A program made the position numbers and the translations under genes. Positions 1 through 13,603 of a DNA stretch of 64,000 bases are shown piece by piece. This stretch comes from the human T2T-CHM13v2.0 reference genome, Homo sapiens: the NCBI RefSeq assembly GCF_009914755.1, contig NC_060933.1, one strand, 5' to 3'. The notes beneath the pieces were generated by a model. The model had not been told where the DNA came from and did not search any database. It saw nothing but the letters and a program-made list of their open reading frames with translations. The stretch's first letter is position 1; the number at the start of each line of letters is the position of its first letter.

Positions 1-487
1 GGGCACAATTTCAGCAGACTTAAACATTCCTGCCACTTGGCTCTGAAGAAAGCAGAAGATTCTGACAAGGAGGGTTCTACCAGCACAGCGCTGGAGCTCT
101 GCTAAGGGACAGACTGCCTCCTCACGTGGGTCCCTTACCCTGTGTCTCCTGACTAGGGGAGACCTCCTAACAGGGGTTGACAGACATCTCATACAGGAGA
201 GCTCCGGCTAGCATCAGGCAAGTGCCCCTCTGGAACGAAGCTTCCAGAGGAAGAAGGCAGCAATCTTTGCTGTTCTGCAGCCTCTGCTGGTGATACCCAG
301 GCAAATGGGGTCAGGAGTGGACCCCCAGCAAACTGCAGCAGACCTGCAGAAGAGGGGCCTATTAGAAGAAAAACTAACAAACAGAAAGCAATAATATAAA
401 CATCAACATCAACAAAAGAAACTCCCACATGGAAAACCCATCCAAAGGTCTTCAGCCTCAAGATTAAAGGTAGATAAATCCACGAAG

Positions 488-1507
488 ATTTGGAAAAACC
501 AGCACAAAAATACTGAAAATTCCAAAAACCAGAATGCCCCTTCTCCAAATGATTGCAACGCCTCTCCAACAAGGACACAAAATTTGACAGAAAATGAGTT
601 TGATGAATTGAGAGAAGGAGGCTTCAGAGGGTGTGTACTAACAAAGTCCTCTGAGATAAAGGAGCATGTTCTAACCCAATACAAGGAAGCTAAGAACCTT
701 GACAAAAGGTTACAGGACTTGCTAACTAAAATAAGCAGTTTAGAGAACATAAATGTCCTGATGGAGCTGAGAAACACGGTACAAGAACTTTGTGAAGCAT
801 ACACAAGTATCAACAGCCAAATCAATCAAGCAGAAAAGAAGATATCAGTGATTGAAGATGTACTTACTGAAATAAGGTGTGAAGACAAGATTAGATAAAA
901 AAGATTGAAAAGGAATGAACAAAGCCTCCAAGAAATAATGAGACTATGTGAAAAGACCAAACCTAGAATTGACTGGGGTCCCTGAAAGTGATGGGGAGAA
1001 TGGAACCAAGTTGGAAAACAGACTTCAGGAAATTATCCAGGAGAACTTCCCCAACGTAGCAAGACAGGCCAACATTCACATTCAGGAAATACAGAGAACA
1101 CCACAAAGATACTCCTTGAGAAGTGAAATCCCAAGGCACATAATCCTCAGATTCTCCAAGGTTGAAATGAAGGAAAAAATATTAAGGACCACCAGAAAGA
1201 GAGGTCAGGTTACCTGCAAAGGGAAGCCCATCAGACTAACAGTGGATCTCTCTCCAGAAACCGTATATGCCAGAAGAGAGTGGGGGCCAATATTCAACAT
1301 TCTTAAAGAAACAAATTTTCAACCCAGAATTTCATGTGAAACCAAACTAAGATTCATAAGGGAAGGAGAAATAATTCCCTTACAGACAAGCAAATACTGA
1401 GGGATTTTGTCACCACCAGGCCTGCCTTACAAGAGCTCCTGAAGAAATCATTAAATATGAAAAGGAAAAACAGGTATCAGTCACTGCAAAAACACACCAA
1501 AATATAA
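488..1507 (+). pseudogene. L1 ORF1p (coiled-coil, RRM, CTD), disrupted
   Basis: ORF-track peptides 584-898 and 948-1400 (KRPNL..GVPESDGENGTKLEN, IIQENFPN, ARREWGPIF). Start codon decayed to ATT; stops and frameshifts present. Confidence 0.93.
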
Positions 1508-1567
1508 AGACCAACGACGCTATGAAGAAACTGCATCAATTAATGTGTAAAATAACCAGCTAGTATC

Positions 1568-4500
1568 ATGACGACAGGATCAAATTCACACATAACAATA
1601 TTAACCTTAAAGGTAAATAGACTAAATGTCACAGTTAAAAGACACAGACACAGAATTATCTGTTCATATGCTTTGGCCACTTTTTGATAATGTTTGTTTT
1701 CTTCTTGTGAATTTCTTCAAGTTCCTTGTAGACTCTGGATATTAACTCTTTGTCAGATGGATAGATTGCAAAAATTTTCCCCCATTTGGTAGGTGGCCTG
1801 TGCACTCTGATGATAGTTTCTTTTGCTGTGCAGAAGCTCTTTAGTTTAGTTAGATCCCACTTGTCAATTTTGGATTTTGTTGCCATTGCTTATGGTATTT
1901 CAGTCATGAAGTTTTTGCCCATGCCTATGTCCTGAATGGTACTGCCTAGGTTTTCTTATAGGGTTTTTATGGTTTTAGGTCTTTTGTTTAAGTCTTTAAT
2001 CCAAGTTGAGTTAATTTTTGTATAAGGTGTAAGGAAGGTGTCCAGTTTCTGTTTTCTGCATATGGTTAGCCTGTTTTCCCAACATCATTTATGAAATAGG
2101 GAATCCTTTCCCCATTGCTTGCTTTTGTCAGGTTTGTTGAAGATCAGATGGTTGTACATGTGTGGTGTTATTTCTAAGGCCTCTGTTCTGTTCCATTGGT
2201 CTATAAATCTGTTTTGGTACCAGTATCATGCTGTTTTGGTTACTGTAGCCCTGTAGCGTAGTTTGAAGTCAGATAGCAGGATGCCTCCAGGTTTGTTATT
2301 TTTGCTTAAAATTCTCTTGGCTATATGGGCTCTTTTTTGGTTCCCTATGGAATTTAAAGTAGTTTTTTTGAATTCTGTGAAGAAAGTCAATGGTAGCTTG
2401 ATGGGGATAGCATTGAATCTGTAAATTACTCTGGGCAGTATAGCTATTTTCATGATATTGATTCTTCCTCTCCATGAGCATGGAATGTTTTTCCATTTGT
2501 TTGTGTCCTCTCTTATTTCCTTGAGTGGTGATTTGTAGTTCTCCTTGAAGAGGTCCTTCACGTCCCTTGTAAGTTGTATTCCTAGGTATTTTATTCTCTT
2601 TGTAGCAGTTGTGAATGGGAGTTCACTCATGATTTGGCTATTTGCTTGTCAATTATTGATGTATAAAAACAGTTGTGATTTTTGCACACTGATTTTATAC
2701 CCTGAGACTTTGCTGAAGTTGCTTATCAGCTTAAGGAGATTTTGAGGTGAGAAGATAGGTTTTTCTACATATACAGTCATGTTGTCTGCAAATTGATTCA
2801 ATTTAACTTCCTCTCTTCCTATTCCTATTTGATATCCTTTATTTATTTCTCTTGCATGAATGCCCTGGCCAGAACATCCAATACTATATTGAATGGGAGT
2901 GGTAAGAGAGGGCAGTCTTGTCTTGTGCTAGTTTTCAAAGGGAATGCTTCTAGCTTTTGCCCATGCAGTATGATATTGGCTGTGGTTCGTCATAAATAGC
3001 TCTTATTATTTTGAGATACGTTCCATCAATACCTAGTTTATTGAGAATTTTTAGCATGAAGGGGTATTGAATTTAATCGAAGGCCTTTTCTGCATCTATT
3101 GAGATAATTATGTGGTTTTTGTCATTGGTTCTGTTTATGTGATGGATTATGTTTATTGATTTGAGTATGTTGAACCAACCTTGCATCCCAGGGATGAAGC
3201 CTATGCAAAAAATATTCATCATCACTGGTCATTAGAGAAATGCAATTCAAAACCATAATGAGTTACCATCTCATGCCTGTTAGAATGGCGATTATTAAAA
3301 AGTCAAGAGACAACAGATGCTAGAGAGGATATGGAGAAATAGGAATGCTTTTACACTGTTGGACAGAGTGTAAATTAGTTCAGCCATCGTGGAAGAAAGT
3401 GTCGCAATTCCTCAAGGATGCAGAACCAGAAATACCATTTGACCCAGCAATCCCATTACTGGATATATACCCAAAGGTTTATAAATCATTCTACTATAAA
3501 GACACATGCACATGTATGTTTATTGCAGCACTTTTCACAATAACAAAGACTTGGAACCAACCCAAATGCCCATCAATGATAGACTGGATAAAGAAAATGT
3601 GGCACATATACACCATGGAATACTATGCAGGCATAAAAAAGGATTAGTTCATGTCTTTTGCAGGGACATGGATGAAGCTGGAAACCATCATCCTCAGCAA
3701 ACTAACACAGGAACAGAAAACCACACACCACACGTTCTCAGTCATAAGTGAGAGTTGAACAATGAGAACACATGAACACAGGAAGGGGAATATCACATAC
3801 TGGGCCCTGTTGGGGAATGGGGGGCTAGAGGAGGGATAGCATTAGGAGAAATACCTAATGTAGGTGACAGGTTGATGGGTGCAGCAAACCACCATGGCAC
3901 ATATATACCTATGTAATAAACCTGCATGTTCTGCATGTGTATTCCAAAACCTAAAGTATAATAATAAATAAATAATTAAAATGAATGACATAGATTGGCA
4001 AAGTGGAGAAAGAGTCAAGACCCATTGAAGTGCTGTATTCAGGAGACCCATCTCATGTGTAAAGGAACACACAGGCTGAAAATAAAGGGATGGAGGAATA
4101 TTTACCAAGCCAATGGAAAGCAGGGGTTGCAAACCTAGTCTCTGATAAAAGACTTTAAACCAATAAAGATCAAAAAAGACAAAGAAGGGCATTACATAAT
4201 GGTAAAGGGATCAATGCAACAAGAAAAGCTAACTATCCCAAATATATATGAACCCAAAACAGGAGCACTCAGATTCATAAAACAAGTTCTTAGAGACCTA
4301 CAAAGAGACTTAACCTCCCACACTATAATAGTGGGAGATTTTAACACCCCACTGTTCATATTGGACAGATTAACACGACAGAAATTTAACAGGGATATAC
4401 AGGACTTTAACTCAGCTCTCAGCGAAGCAGAACTAATAGATATCTACAGAACTCTCCACCTTAAATCAGCAGAATATACATTCTTCTCAGCACCACATAG

Positions 4501-7500
4501 CACATAATTGGAAGGAAAACACACCTCAGCAAATGGAAAAGAATGGAAATCGTAACAAACAGTCTCTCAGACTATAGTGCAATCAAATTAGAACTCAGGA
4601 ATAAGAAACTCACTCAAATCTGCACAACTTCATGGAAACTGAACAACCTGCTCCTGAATGACTACTTGATAAATAACACAATTGAGGGAGAAATAACCAA
4701 GTTCTTTGAAAGCAGTCAGAACAAAGACACAACGTACCAGAATTTCTGGGACACAGCTAAAGCAGTGTTTTGAGGGAAATTTATAGCATTAAATGCCCAC
4801 ATCAGAAAGACAGAAAGATCTAAAATCAACACCCTAACATCACAATTAAAAGAACTCGAGAAGCAAGAGCAAACAAATTCAAAAGCTAGCAAAAGACAAG
4901 AAATAACTAAGATCAGAGCTGAACTAAAAGAGATAGAGACATGAAAAAAGCCAATGAATCCAGGAGCTGTTTTTTAAAAAGATTAACAAAATAGACCACT
5001 AGCCAGACTAATAAAGAAGAAAAGAGAGAAGAATCAAACAGACACAATAAAAAATGATAAAGGAGATATCACCACTGATCACACAGAAGGACAAATTACC
5101 ATCAGAGAATACTGTAAACACCTCTATGCAAATAAACTAGAGAATCTAGAAGAAATGGATAAATTTCTGGACACAAACACTCTCCAAAGACTAAACCAAG
5201 AAGTCGTCGAATCCCTGACCAGACCAATAACAAATTCTGAAATTGAGGCAGTAGTTCATAGCCTACAAACCAATGAAAGCCCAGGACCAGATGGATTGAC
5301 AGCCGAATTCTACCAGAGGTACAGAGAGGCGCTGGTACCATTCCTTCTGAAACTATTCCAAACAACAGAAAAAGAGGCACTCCTCCATAACTCATTTTAT
5401 GAAGCCAGCATCATCCTGATTCCAAAACCTGGCAGAGGCACACACAAAAAAAGAAAATTTGAGACCAATATCCCTGATGAACATCAATATGAAAATCCGC
5501 AATAAAATACTGGCAAACTGAATCCAGTAGCACATCAAAAAGCTTATCCGCCATGATCAGGTCAGCTTCATCTCTGGTATGCAAGGCTGGTTCAACATAT
5601 GCAAATCAGTAAATGTAATCCATCACATAAACAGAAGCAATGACAAAAACCACATGATTATCTCAATAGATGTAGAAAAGGCCTTCAATAAAATTCAACA
5701 CCGCTTCATGCTGAAAACTCTCAACAAACTAGGTATTGATGGAACATATTTCAAAATAATAAGAGCTATTTATGACAAACTTACAGCCAATATCATACTG
5801 CATGGTCAAAAGCTGTAAGCATTCCCTTTGAAAACCAGCACAAGACAGGGATGCCCTCTCTTACCACTCCCATTCGAGATAATATTGGAAGTTCTGGACA
5901 GAACAATCAGGCAAAAGGAAGAAATAAAGTGTATTCAGTTAGGAAGAGAGGGAGTCAAATTGTCTCTATATGCAGATGACATGATTGTATATTTAGAAAA
6001 CCCCATTGTCTCAGCCCAAAATCTCCTTAAGCTGATAAGCAACTTCAACAAAGTCTCGGGATAGAAAATCAATGCGTAAAAATCACAAGCATTCCTATAA
6101 ACAAATAATAGACAAGCAAAGGGCCAAATTGTGAGTGAACTCCCATTCACAATTGCTACAAAGAGAATAAAATACCTAGGAATACAACTTACAAGGGACA
6201 TGAAGGACCTCTTCAAGGAGAACTACAAATCACCACACAAGGAAATAAGAGAGGACACAAACAAATGGAAAAACATTCCATGCTCATGGAGAGGAAGAAT
6301 CAATATCATGAAAATGGCCATACTACCCAAAGTAATTTATAGATTCAATGCTATCCCCATCAAGATACCATTGACTTTCTTCACAGAATTCAAAAAAACT
6401 ACTTTAAATTCCATATGGAACCAAAAAAGAGCCCATATAGCCAAGACAATTCTAAGCAAAAAGAACAAAGCTGGAGGCATCACGCTACCTGACTTCAAAC
6501 TATACTACAGGGCTACAGTAAGCAAAACATCATGGCACTGGTACCAAAACAGATTTACAGACCAATGGAACAGAATAGAGGCCTCAGAAATAACACCACA
6601 CATATACAACCATCTGATCTTCAACAAACCTGACAAAAACAAGCAATGGGGAAAGGATTCCCTATTTCACAAATGGTGTTGGGAAAACAGGCTAGCCACA
6701 TGCAGAAAACGGAAACTGGACCCCTTCCTTACACCTTATACAAAAATTAACTCAACATGGATTAAAGACTTAAATGTAAGACCTAAAACCATAAAACCCT
6801 AGAAGAAAACCTAGACAATACCATTCAGGACACAGGCATGGGCAAAAACTTCATGACTAAAATACCAAAAGCGATGGCAACAAAAACCAAAATTGACAAA
6901 TGAGATCTAATTAAATTAAAGAGCTTCTGCTCAGCAAAAGAAATTGTCAGCAGAGTGAACATGCTATCTACAGAACGGGGGAAAATTTTTGCAATCTATC
7001 CATCTGACAAAGGGCTAATATCAAGAATCTACAAGGAAGTTAAACAAATGTACAAGAAATAAACAACCTCACCAAAACGTGGGTGAAGGATATGACAGAT
7101 ATTTCTCAAAGGCAGACATTTATGTGGCCAATAAACATATGAAAAAAAGGCTTACCATCACTGACCATTAGAGAAATGCAATCAAAACCACAATGAGATA
7201 CTAACACTTGCCAGTTATTATGGTGATCATTAAAAAGTCTGGAAACAACAGATGCCGGTGAGGATGCAGAGAAATAGGAACACTTTTACACTGTTGGTCA
7301 GAGCGTAAATTAGTTCAACCATTGCGGAAGACAGTGTGGTGATTCATCAAGGATCTAGAACTAGAAATACCATTTGACTCAGCAATCCCTTTACTAGGTA
7401 TATATCCAAAGGATTATAAATCATTCTACTATAAAGCCACATACATATATATGTTTACTACAACACTATTTACAATAGCAAAGACATGGAACTAAACCAA

Positions 7501-7692
7501 ATGCACACCAATGATAGACTGGATGAAGATAATGTGGCACATATATACCATGGAATACTATGCAGCCATAAAAAGAATGAGTTCACGTCCTTTGCAGGGA
7601 CATGGATGAAGCTGGAAACCATCATCCTCAGCAAACTATCACAAGGACAGAAAACCAAACACCACATGTTCTCTATCATAAGTGGGAGTTGA
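1568..7692 (+). pseudogene. L1 ORF2p (endonuclease, RT, Cys-rich domain) of the host element; disrupted and split by the nested insertion
   Basis: N-terminus atgacgacaggatcaaattcacac at 1568. EN motif IVGDFNTPL in ORF 4199-4507, RT motifs TRQGCPL and YADD (5969-5980), C-terminus HMFSIISGS* ending at 7692. Many stops and frameshifts. Confidence 0.93.
1649..3986 (+). mobile_element. 5'-truncated, 5'-inverted (twin-primed) L1PA7-like element nested in the host L1 ORF2
   Basis: About 1658-3201 is ORF2 on the minus strand; 3202-3980 is the ORF2 end, 3'UTR and A-tail on the plus strand. Degenerate TSD gacacaga (1641-1648) / gacataga (3987-3994) follows a TTAAAA site. Confidence 0.92.
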
Positions 7693-7823
7693 ACAATGAG
7701 AACACATGGACATAGGGATGTGAACATTACACACTGGGGTATGTCACAAGGTCAGGGACAAGGGGAAGTACAGCATTAATACACATATCTAATGCATGCA
7801 GGGCTTAAAATCTAGATGACAAG

Positions 7824-8119
7824 CCCAGCACTTTGAGAGGCTGAGGCGGGCGGATCATGAGGTCTGAAGACCAAGACCATCCTGGCTAACACGGTGAAAC
7901 CCTGTCTATACTAAAAATACAAAAAATTAGCCAGGCATGGTGGCAGGCATCCATAGTCCCAGCTACTCAGGAGGCTCAGGCAGGAGAATGGCGTGAACCC
8001 AGGAGGAGGAGCTGGCAGTGAGCCAAAATCGCGCCACTGCACTCCAGCCTGGGCGACAGAGCTAGACTCCATCTCAAAAAAAAAAAAAAAACCAAAACAA
8101 CAACAACAACAAAAAAAAA
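7824..8119 (+). mobile_element. AluY-like SINE, slightly 5'-truncated, inside the L1 3'UTR
   Basis: Diagnostic motifs accatcctggctaacacggtg and ggagaatggcgtgaaccc; A/CAA tail; TSD agatgacaag (7814-7823) / agatgacagg (8121-8130). Confidence 0.93.
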
Positions 8120-9278
8120 CAGATGACAGGTTGATAGATGCAGCAAACTACTACCACGGCACATGTATACCTATGTAACAAACCTGAGCATTCAGCACAT
8201 ATATCCCAGAACTTAAAATAAAAAAAGCAAAAAAAGTCAAGGCAAAATCATAAAGTTAAAAAATAAATACATAAATAAATAAAGAGACCGTCTTTAAAAT
8301 ATATACCAGATTTAATGACAAGATATGACATGTTGAAATCATGGGCAAGCAGAGAAAATTAAAGTAAATATTGAAGTATATTTAAAAGAAAATTCTCGTT
8401 CTTTGACTCCTCAAAAAATTCTGACCCTTTATAAAAATAATAAAATGACACTCAAATCAGATAAAGATAATAAATATGATAAACATTGTTTAACTTCTCT
8501 CAATGTGTTAAGATTGACGACATCATTTTAATCTCTTATTCCAAATCTGTTTTATGAACCCTAAAGGTAAGACACCGCTTACATAAAAATAAGTATGTAC
8601 CATTGTACCAGGCAACAGAGAAGCATCACATTTCACTATGTCTCTTAATAATAGCGGTTATCAAAATTACAATTGATTGGAATAAATTTGAAAGTTATTT
8701 TGAAATAAATCTAATTCTTCTTATTAATGATTTTTTCAGAAGAACTGACAAATACAGAAGATGAAAAATGAATGAATTAAGGAGATAGGCAGACATGGGG
8801 TCAAAAATATTAACTATATATTCAAATAAAATAATATATGAAATAGGATAAATATAATTTATCAAATAATAAATACAGCATTTACTCTAGGATTCTCTAC
8901 CTCTGTTGTACAAAATAAACTTTTTAGAGTGTGTCCTTATTTGTCAAAAAAATAAACAAACTGGAAAAATGAGTAATGGTATCCAATTACCTAAGCAGGA
9001 GATATGAAGAAATATAAGCCATAGACCCACTCTCACTTTCTCAAGGGGAAATGTAAATAAAAGAATGATCATAATTTACAGCTTGGCAGTATGTAGTTCT
9101 GGTTCATTCACTTTCCTCGCGTTCAAACCCTACTAATGTAAGTACTACTGTCCTTGTCTTCATTTACATATTCAGAAATATTTCCAAGAGTGTAAGGCTA
9201 GAGGGTAAATTGCTAGGACAAAGGTGTGTACATTTTCATATTCACTTCAATATTCACCAAATATTCCCAAATTACTCA

Positions 9279-9324
9279 TGAAATTATCATACCAATTTCC
9301 TTGAAATTATCATACCAATTTCCT
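9279..9324. repeat. Perfect 23-bp tandem duplication
   Basis: tgaaattatcataccaatttcct x2. Confidence 0.9.
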
Positions 9325-9759
9325 TCATATAAATAACATCCTCCCCAATGTATACTAACAGACTGATAAAATTATTTTTCTCATAGTCTTTCTCAATTGG
9401 GATTTTTTATCTGAATCACAAAACATAGAGAGTGAATTGAGTCACTATCTTCTCAATTCACCCAAGAATGGAACATAACTAGTACCATACTAAATGAATT
9501 GGGGAGGGACTAATTCATTACATATGTTAAACACCTTAAGGGATTATATCTTAATATTCCCCTGAATCCTGGTGGAGAAAAGCTGTATCAGTATGAGAAA
9601 TAATTTCCTAATTAAGAACAAATTTGTATTTTGCTGATTAGGAATGAGGTTCACTCCATCATTGTTACTGTCCTGTATATGACACCTTTTCAAAAAACAG
9701 TAATTATTTACAATTCCAAACAATCCCTTTACTATCAATCTTATTTCACCCCAATCTGC

Positions 9760-9900
9760 TCTACTTTTTAGTTTTTAAATAATTTTACCTTCTAAAACAG
9801 TATATAATTATTTATCAGTAGACTTCTTATTGCTTATCTCTCTCTGTTAGATGTAAGCTTACAGTGGCAGTGATCTTGAATGCTTGTTCACTGATATTTT
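9760..9900 (+). mobile_element. Probable L2 3' fragment
   Basis: ctctctgttagatgtaagctt...cttgttcactgatat resembles the L2 3' region. Confidence 0.45.
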
Positions 9901-10000
9901 TAAAATACCTTTTAGGTGTTTTTATACAATCTAGATACTAAGGCTTTTTGGTTTTCAACACTGCAAATATCCCCTGATACTCTCTATGGCTGCTTCTTTT

Positions 10001-10221
10001 TATTTTATTTTATTTTATTTTTATTATTATTGAGACAGAATCTCTCTCTGTCACCCAGGCTGTAGTGCAGCGGTGTAATCCTGGTGAATTGTTTTATTTT
10101 TTGTAGAGATGGTTGTATCACTGTGTTGTCCAGGTTGGTCTCAGACTCCTAGGCTCAACAGTCTTCCTGCCTAGGTCCTACAGAGTGCTGGGATTATAGG
10201 CATGAGCGACCACATCCAGCT
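10001..10221 (-). mobile_element. AluJ-like SINE with an internal deletion of most of the right arm
   Basis: T-rich tail, then right-arm end joined to the left arm; TSD tggctgcttcttttt at 9987 and 10222. Confidence 0.88.
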
Positions 10222-10739
10222 TGGCTGCTTCTTTTTAGTAGTATCATGTCACATACAACCTTTTCATACAATCCAGTTTTCACATAATTATATGAAATTT
10301 CATTACGTATTATTTAAATTATAAGAAAAATATTACTTAAATGTATATTATTTTTCATATACTTCAATTCTTCAGTGTTTTCCATTATGTTTTACTTTTC
10401 CAGCCCGTTAACATTTTATCTTCAGTGTTCAAATAAAGATTTTGATAATATATATCACAAATCGTAAAGTTTTGCTTTTTAACTTTACTTATAATTACCT
10501 TGAAATTCATTTTTGTATTCATTTCAATAAAATAATTCAATATATATAGAGATCAATGTAACCAATTTCTCCTACATCTTTTATTGAGTTACTCCCTTCC
10601 CTATTAATCTGCAATCCCATGTGTGATTTATATTAATTTTTCATATATGCAAGTGTTTGTTCCTAGTTTCTCTATTCTGTTAGTCCATTTGACTATAACT
10701 GAACTAATAGGAAGCTCTCAAAATTACAATAGCTCTACC

Positions 10740-13200
10740 TAGTTCCAAAACATTTCATTACTCCAGAAGAAACCACATACCTATTAAGCAGTCTATTTCT
10801 TATTCCCTCTCATCAGCCCCTGAAAACCACTAATCTGATATTTTAGATTTATCTATCTGGACCTTTCATAAAAAATGGAATCAGCAACATGTTACCATTT
10901 GTGTCTGGCTTCTTTCACTTATCATGCAGTTGTCAGGTGTATCTCATTGTAGTATCCATCAGTATGTCCTTCCTTTTTATAGCTGAATAATATTCCATTG
11001 TATTAATATACCACAAATTGGTTATGTATTCATTTGTTGATAGACACTGGGTTGTTTCCATCTCTTGACTATTGTGAACTATTGTGACTATCTATGAATA
11101 TGCATTCACATGTGTTTGCTTGAGGACTTGTTCTCAGTAATTTGGGGCTTACACCTAAGAGTGGAATATCTAGGTCTAACTGTAATAGTATGGTTAATAT
11201 TTTCTGAAACCACCAAACAGTATTTCACAATGGCTGCACCATTTTAAATTCCCACCGGCAAAATACAAGGGTTCCACTTTCTCTGTATCTTTTTAACACT
11301 TACTACGTAAAAAAGTTTTTATAGCCATCATTGAGGGGGTGAAGTAGTTTCCCATAGACTTTTGATTAGCCTTTTTATCATAACTAATGATTTAAAAACT
11401 TTTCTTGTGCTTGTCATTTATAAATATTTTGGAAGAAATATTTATTCAAATCATATGCATAGTTTTTAATTGAGTTGTCTTTTTTGATGAGTTGTAAAAG
11501 TCATTCATATATTCTAGATACTAGACTATTATCAGATACATAATTTGCAAAATATGTTATACCACTCTATAGATTGATTTTTTCTCACTTTCTTAATAAT
11601 GTTTTGTGATTCCTACATTTTTAATTTTGACGAAGTTTCATTTATCTCTAATTTTTTCCCATTTTTTGCTCATGCCATTGGTGTCATATCTAATAAACCT
11701 ATTGCCAAATTCATGGTTAGAAAATGTTGCACTATGTTTTATTCTAAGATTTTCATAGTTTTAGCTCATATTTAGCTTGTAAATTCATTTTGAGTTAATT
11801 TTTCTATTTGGTGTGAGGTACAAATAAAACATCATTCTTTGCATATGGATTTCTAGTTGCACTAGCACCATTTGTGGAACAGACTATTCATTTCCCATGG
11901 ATGGTCTTGGCACACTTGTGAAAAATCAATTCATTACCAATGTAATTTTTTTTTCTGGACTTACAATTCTATTCCATTAGTCTATATATGTCTTTATGAA
12001 AGTCTGACACTCTTTTGATTACTGTAGATCTATAGTAAATGTTGAAATTAGCAAGTGTAATACTTCCAACTTTTTCTTTTAAATCCTATTAAATGCCTAT
12101 GAAGATCACTTCCAATTTCCTAGAAATTTGAATTTCTGCTTTTCCATTTCTGCAAAAATATCCATTAGAATTTCAATAGAGATTGCATTGAGTTTGTAGA
12201 TTGCTTTGGGTAATATTCCCATCTTAATATCAAGTCTTCTAATTAATGATCTCATGATACCTTTTCATTTGCTTAGGTCTTCTTTAACTTCTTTCAGTAA
12301 TACTCTGAGTTTTCAGTGTATAAGTCTTTCCTCTCCTTGATTTAATTTTGGCCAAGGTATTTTCTTTTATATGCTATTGTTAGTGGAACTGATTTGTTGA
12401 TTATCTTTTCAGAAGGTTTATTGATGTTGTAGAGAAAGAAAATATTTTTGTCTGTTGATATGCAACATTATGAATTTATTAGTTCTGACAGGTTTCTGTG
12501 GTTAAGATTTTCTATATCTAGGATCATGTCCTTTGTGATAGGAGTGTTTTCTTCGTCTTTTCCAATTTGAATGTCTTTTATTTCTCATTTAACAGTTTTG
12601 GATAAAATTTCAAGTGCATGGTTGAGCAGGAGTAGTACAAGTGAATACCCTTGTCTTATTCCTATTATTAGGGGAATGATTTCAGTCTTTTGTCATCGAG
12701 TATAAGGTTAGCAGTGAGATTATATAAGTGTCCTTTATTCTGTTAAGGAAGTCTTCTGTTCCTAATTTTCTGAGTGTTTTTATCAAGAAAGAATATTCTA
12801 TTCTGTAAAATGCTTTTTTTGTATATTAATTGAAATAATCATGTGACACTTATATCATTTTATTAATGTGGTGGTGTCTTACATTGATTATCATGTGTTT
12901 ACCCTTATATTTCTGGGATAAATCTTACTTGGTTATGGAGTATAATGCTTTAATATACAATTGTATCCAGTTTAGTAGTGCTTTGTTGAGAAGTTCTGCA
13001 CTTATATTTACTATTAGTGTGTATTTTCCCTTTTCCTGTTGTGTGTTTTTCTGGCTTTGGTATCTAGGTAACATTGGCCTGACAGAATAAGTCATGTTTT
13101 CTCTTCTTCATTTTTGGCAGAGTTTGAGAGGGATTGGTGTGATCTTTTTCTTAATGTTTGGTAAAATTCACCAGTGAAGTCATGTTCTTGGACTTTTCTC
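10740..13200 (-). mobile_element. Old L1M (L1MB-like) 3'UTR plus ORF2 remnant
   Basis: Antisense L1MB 3'-end motifs (ttccaaaacatttcattactccag, cagcccctgaaaaccactaatctg) followed by degenerate antisense ORF2. Confidence 0.8.
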
Positions 13201-13344
13201 TATTAGATTTTAGTATCTGCAGTTTCTTAACCTGTAGTTAATGTCAGTGATGCCTGAAAATGTTTCAGTGGCCTAGGATGCTGGAGGTTGTGCAGCTGCT
13301 CTGCTAAATTACGTGAAGCCTGTTGACTGGGGGCAGGGTTCCTG

Positions 13345-13603
13345 TAAAATCATGCCAGAAAACCAAAGAGAAGCAAGTATGTCTTACCACAGCGGAGAGG
13401 GAGAGGCAGTGAGAGAGCAAAAGGGGAAGTGCCACACACTTTCAAACAACCAGATCTTGTGAGAACTCACTCACTGTCATGAGAATAGCAAAGGGGAAGT
13501 CAGGACCCATGATTCATTCACCTCCCACCAGACCCCTCCCTCGACACTTGGGAATTACAGTTTGAGATGAGATTTGGGTGGGGACACAAAGTAAGCCATA
13601 CCA
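13345..13603 (-). mobile_element. MaLR LTR fragment (THE1D/MSTA-like)
   Basis: Reverse complement begins tggtatggc..tgtgtccccacccaaatctcatctc, the THE1/MST LTR start; the other end is truncated. Confidence 0.85.

Larger units (their letters stand above)
1..8230 (+). mobile_element. Near-full-length LINE-1 (L1PA7/L1PA8-type), interrupted by a nested L1 (1649-3986) and an Alu (7824-8119); 5' end lies outside the window
   Basis: Contains L1 5'UTR, ORF1 and ORF2 peptide fragments, a 3'UTR of the ...taatgcatgcagggcttaaaatctagatgac type and an A-rich tail near 8215-8283. ORF2 resumes in register at 3987 after the insertion. Confidence 0.95.

Noticed and set aside
189-825. Minus-strand ORFs of 129 and 138 aa
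   Set aside because: Antisense read-through of the L1 5'UTR and ORF1, a common by-product. There is no independent coding evidence and they do not resemble ORF0.
5969-5980. YADD instead of the usual L1 FADD motif
   Set aside because: A single substitution in a dead copy; no reason to infer a novel reverse transcriptase.
6131-6802. Longest ORF (223 aa) as a functional gene
   Set aside because: It is a fragment of a disrupted L1 ORF2 flanked by stops and frameshifts. The same applies to 29156-29764.
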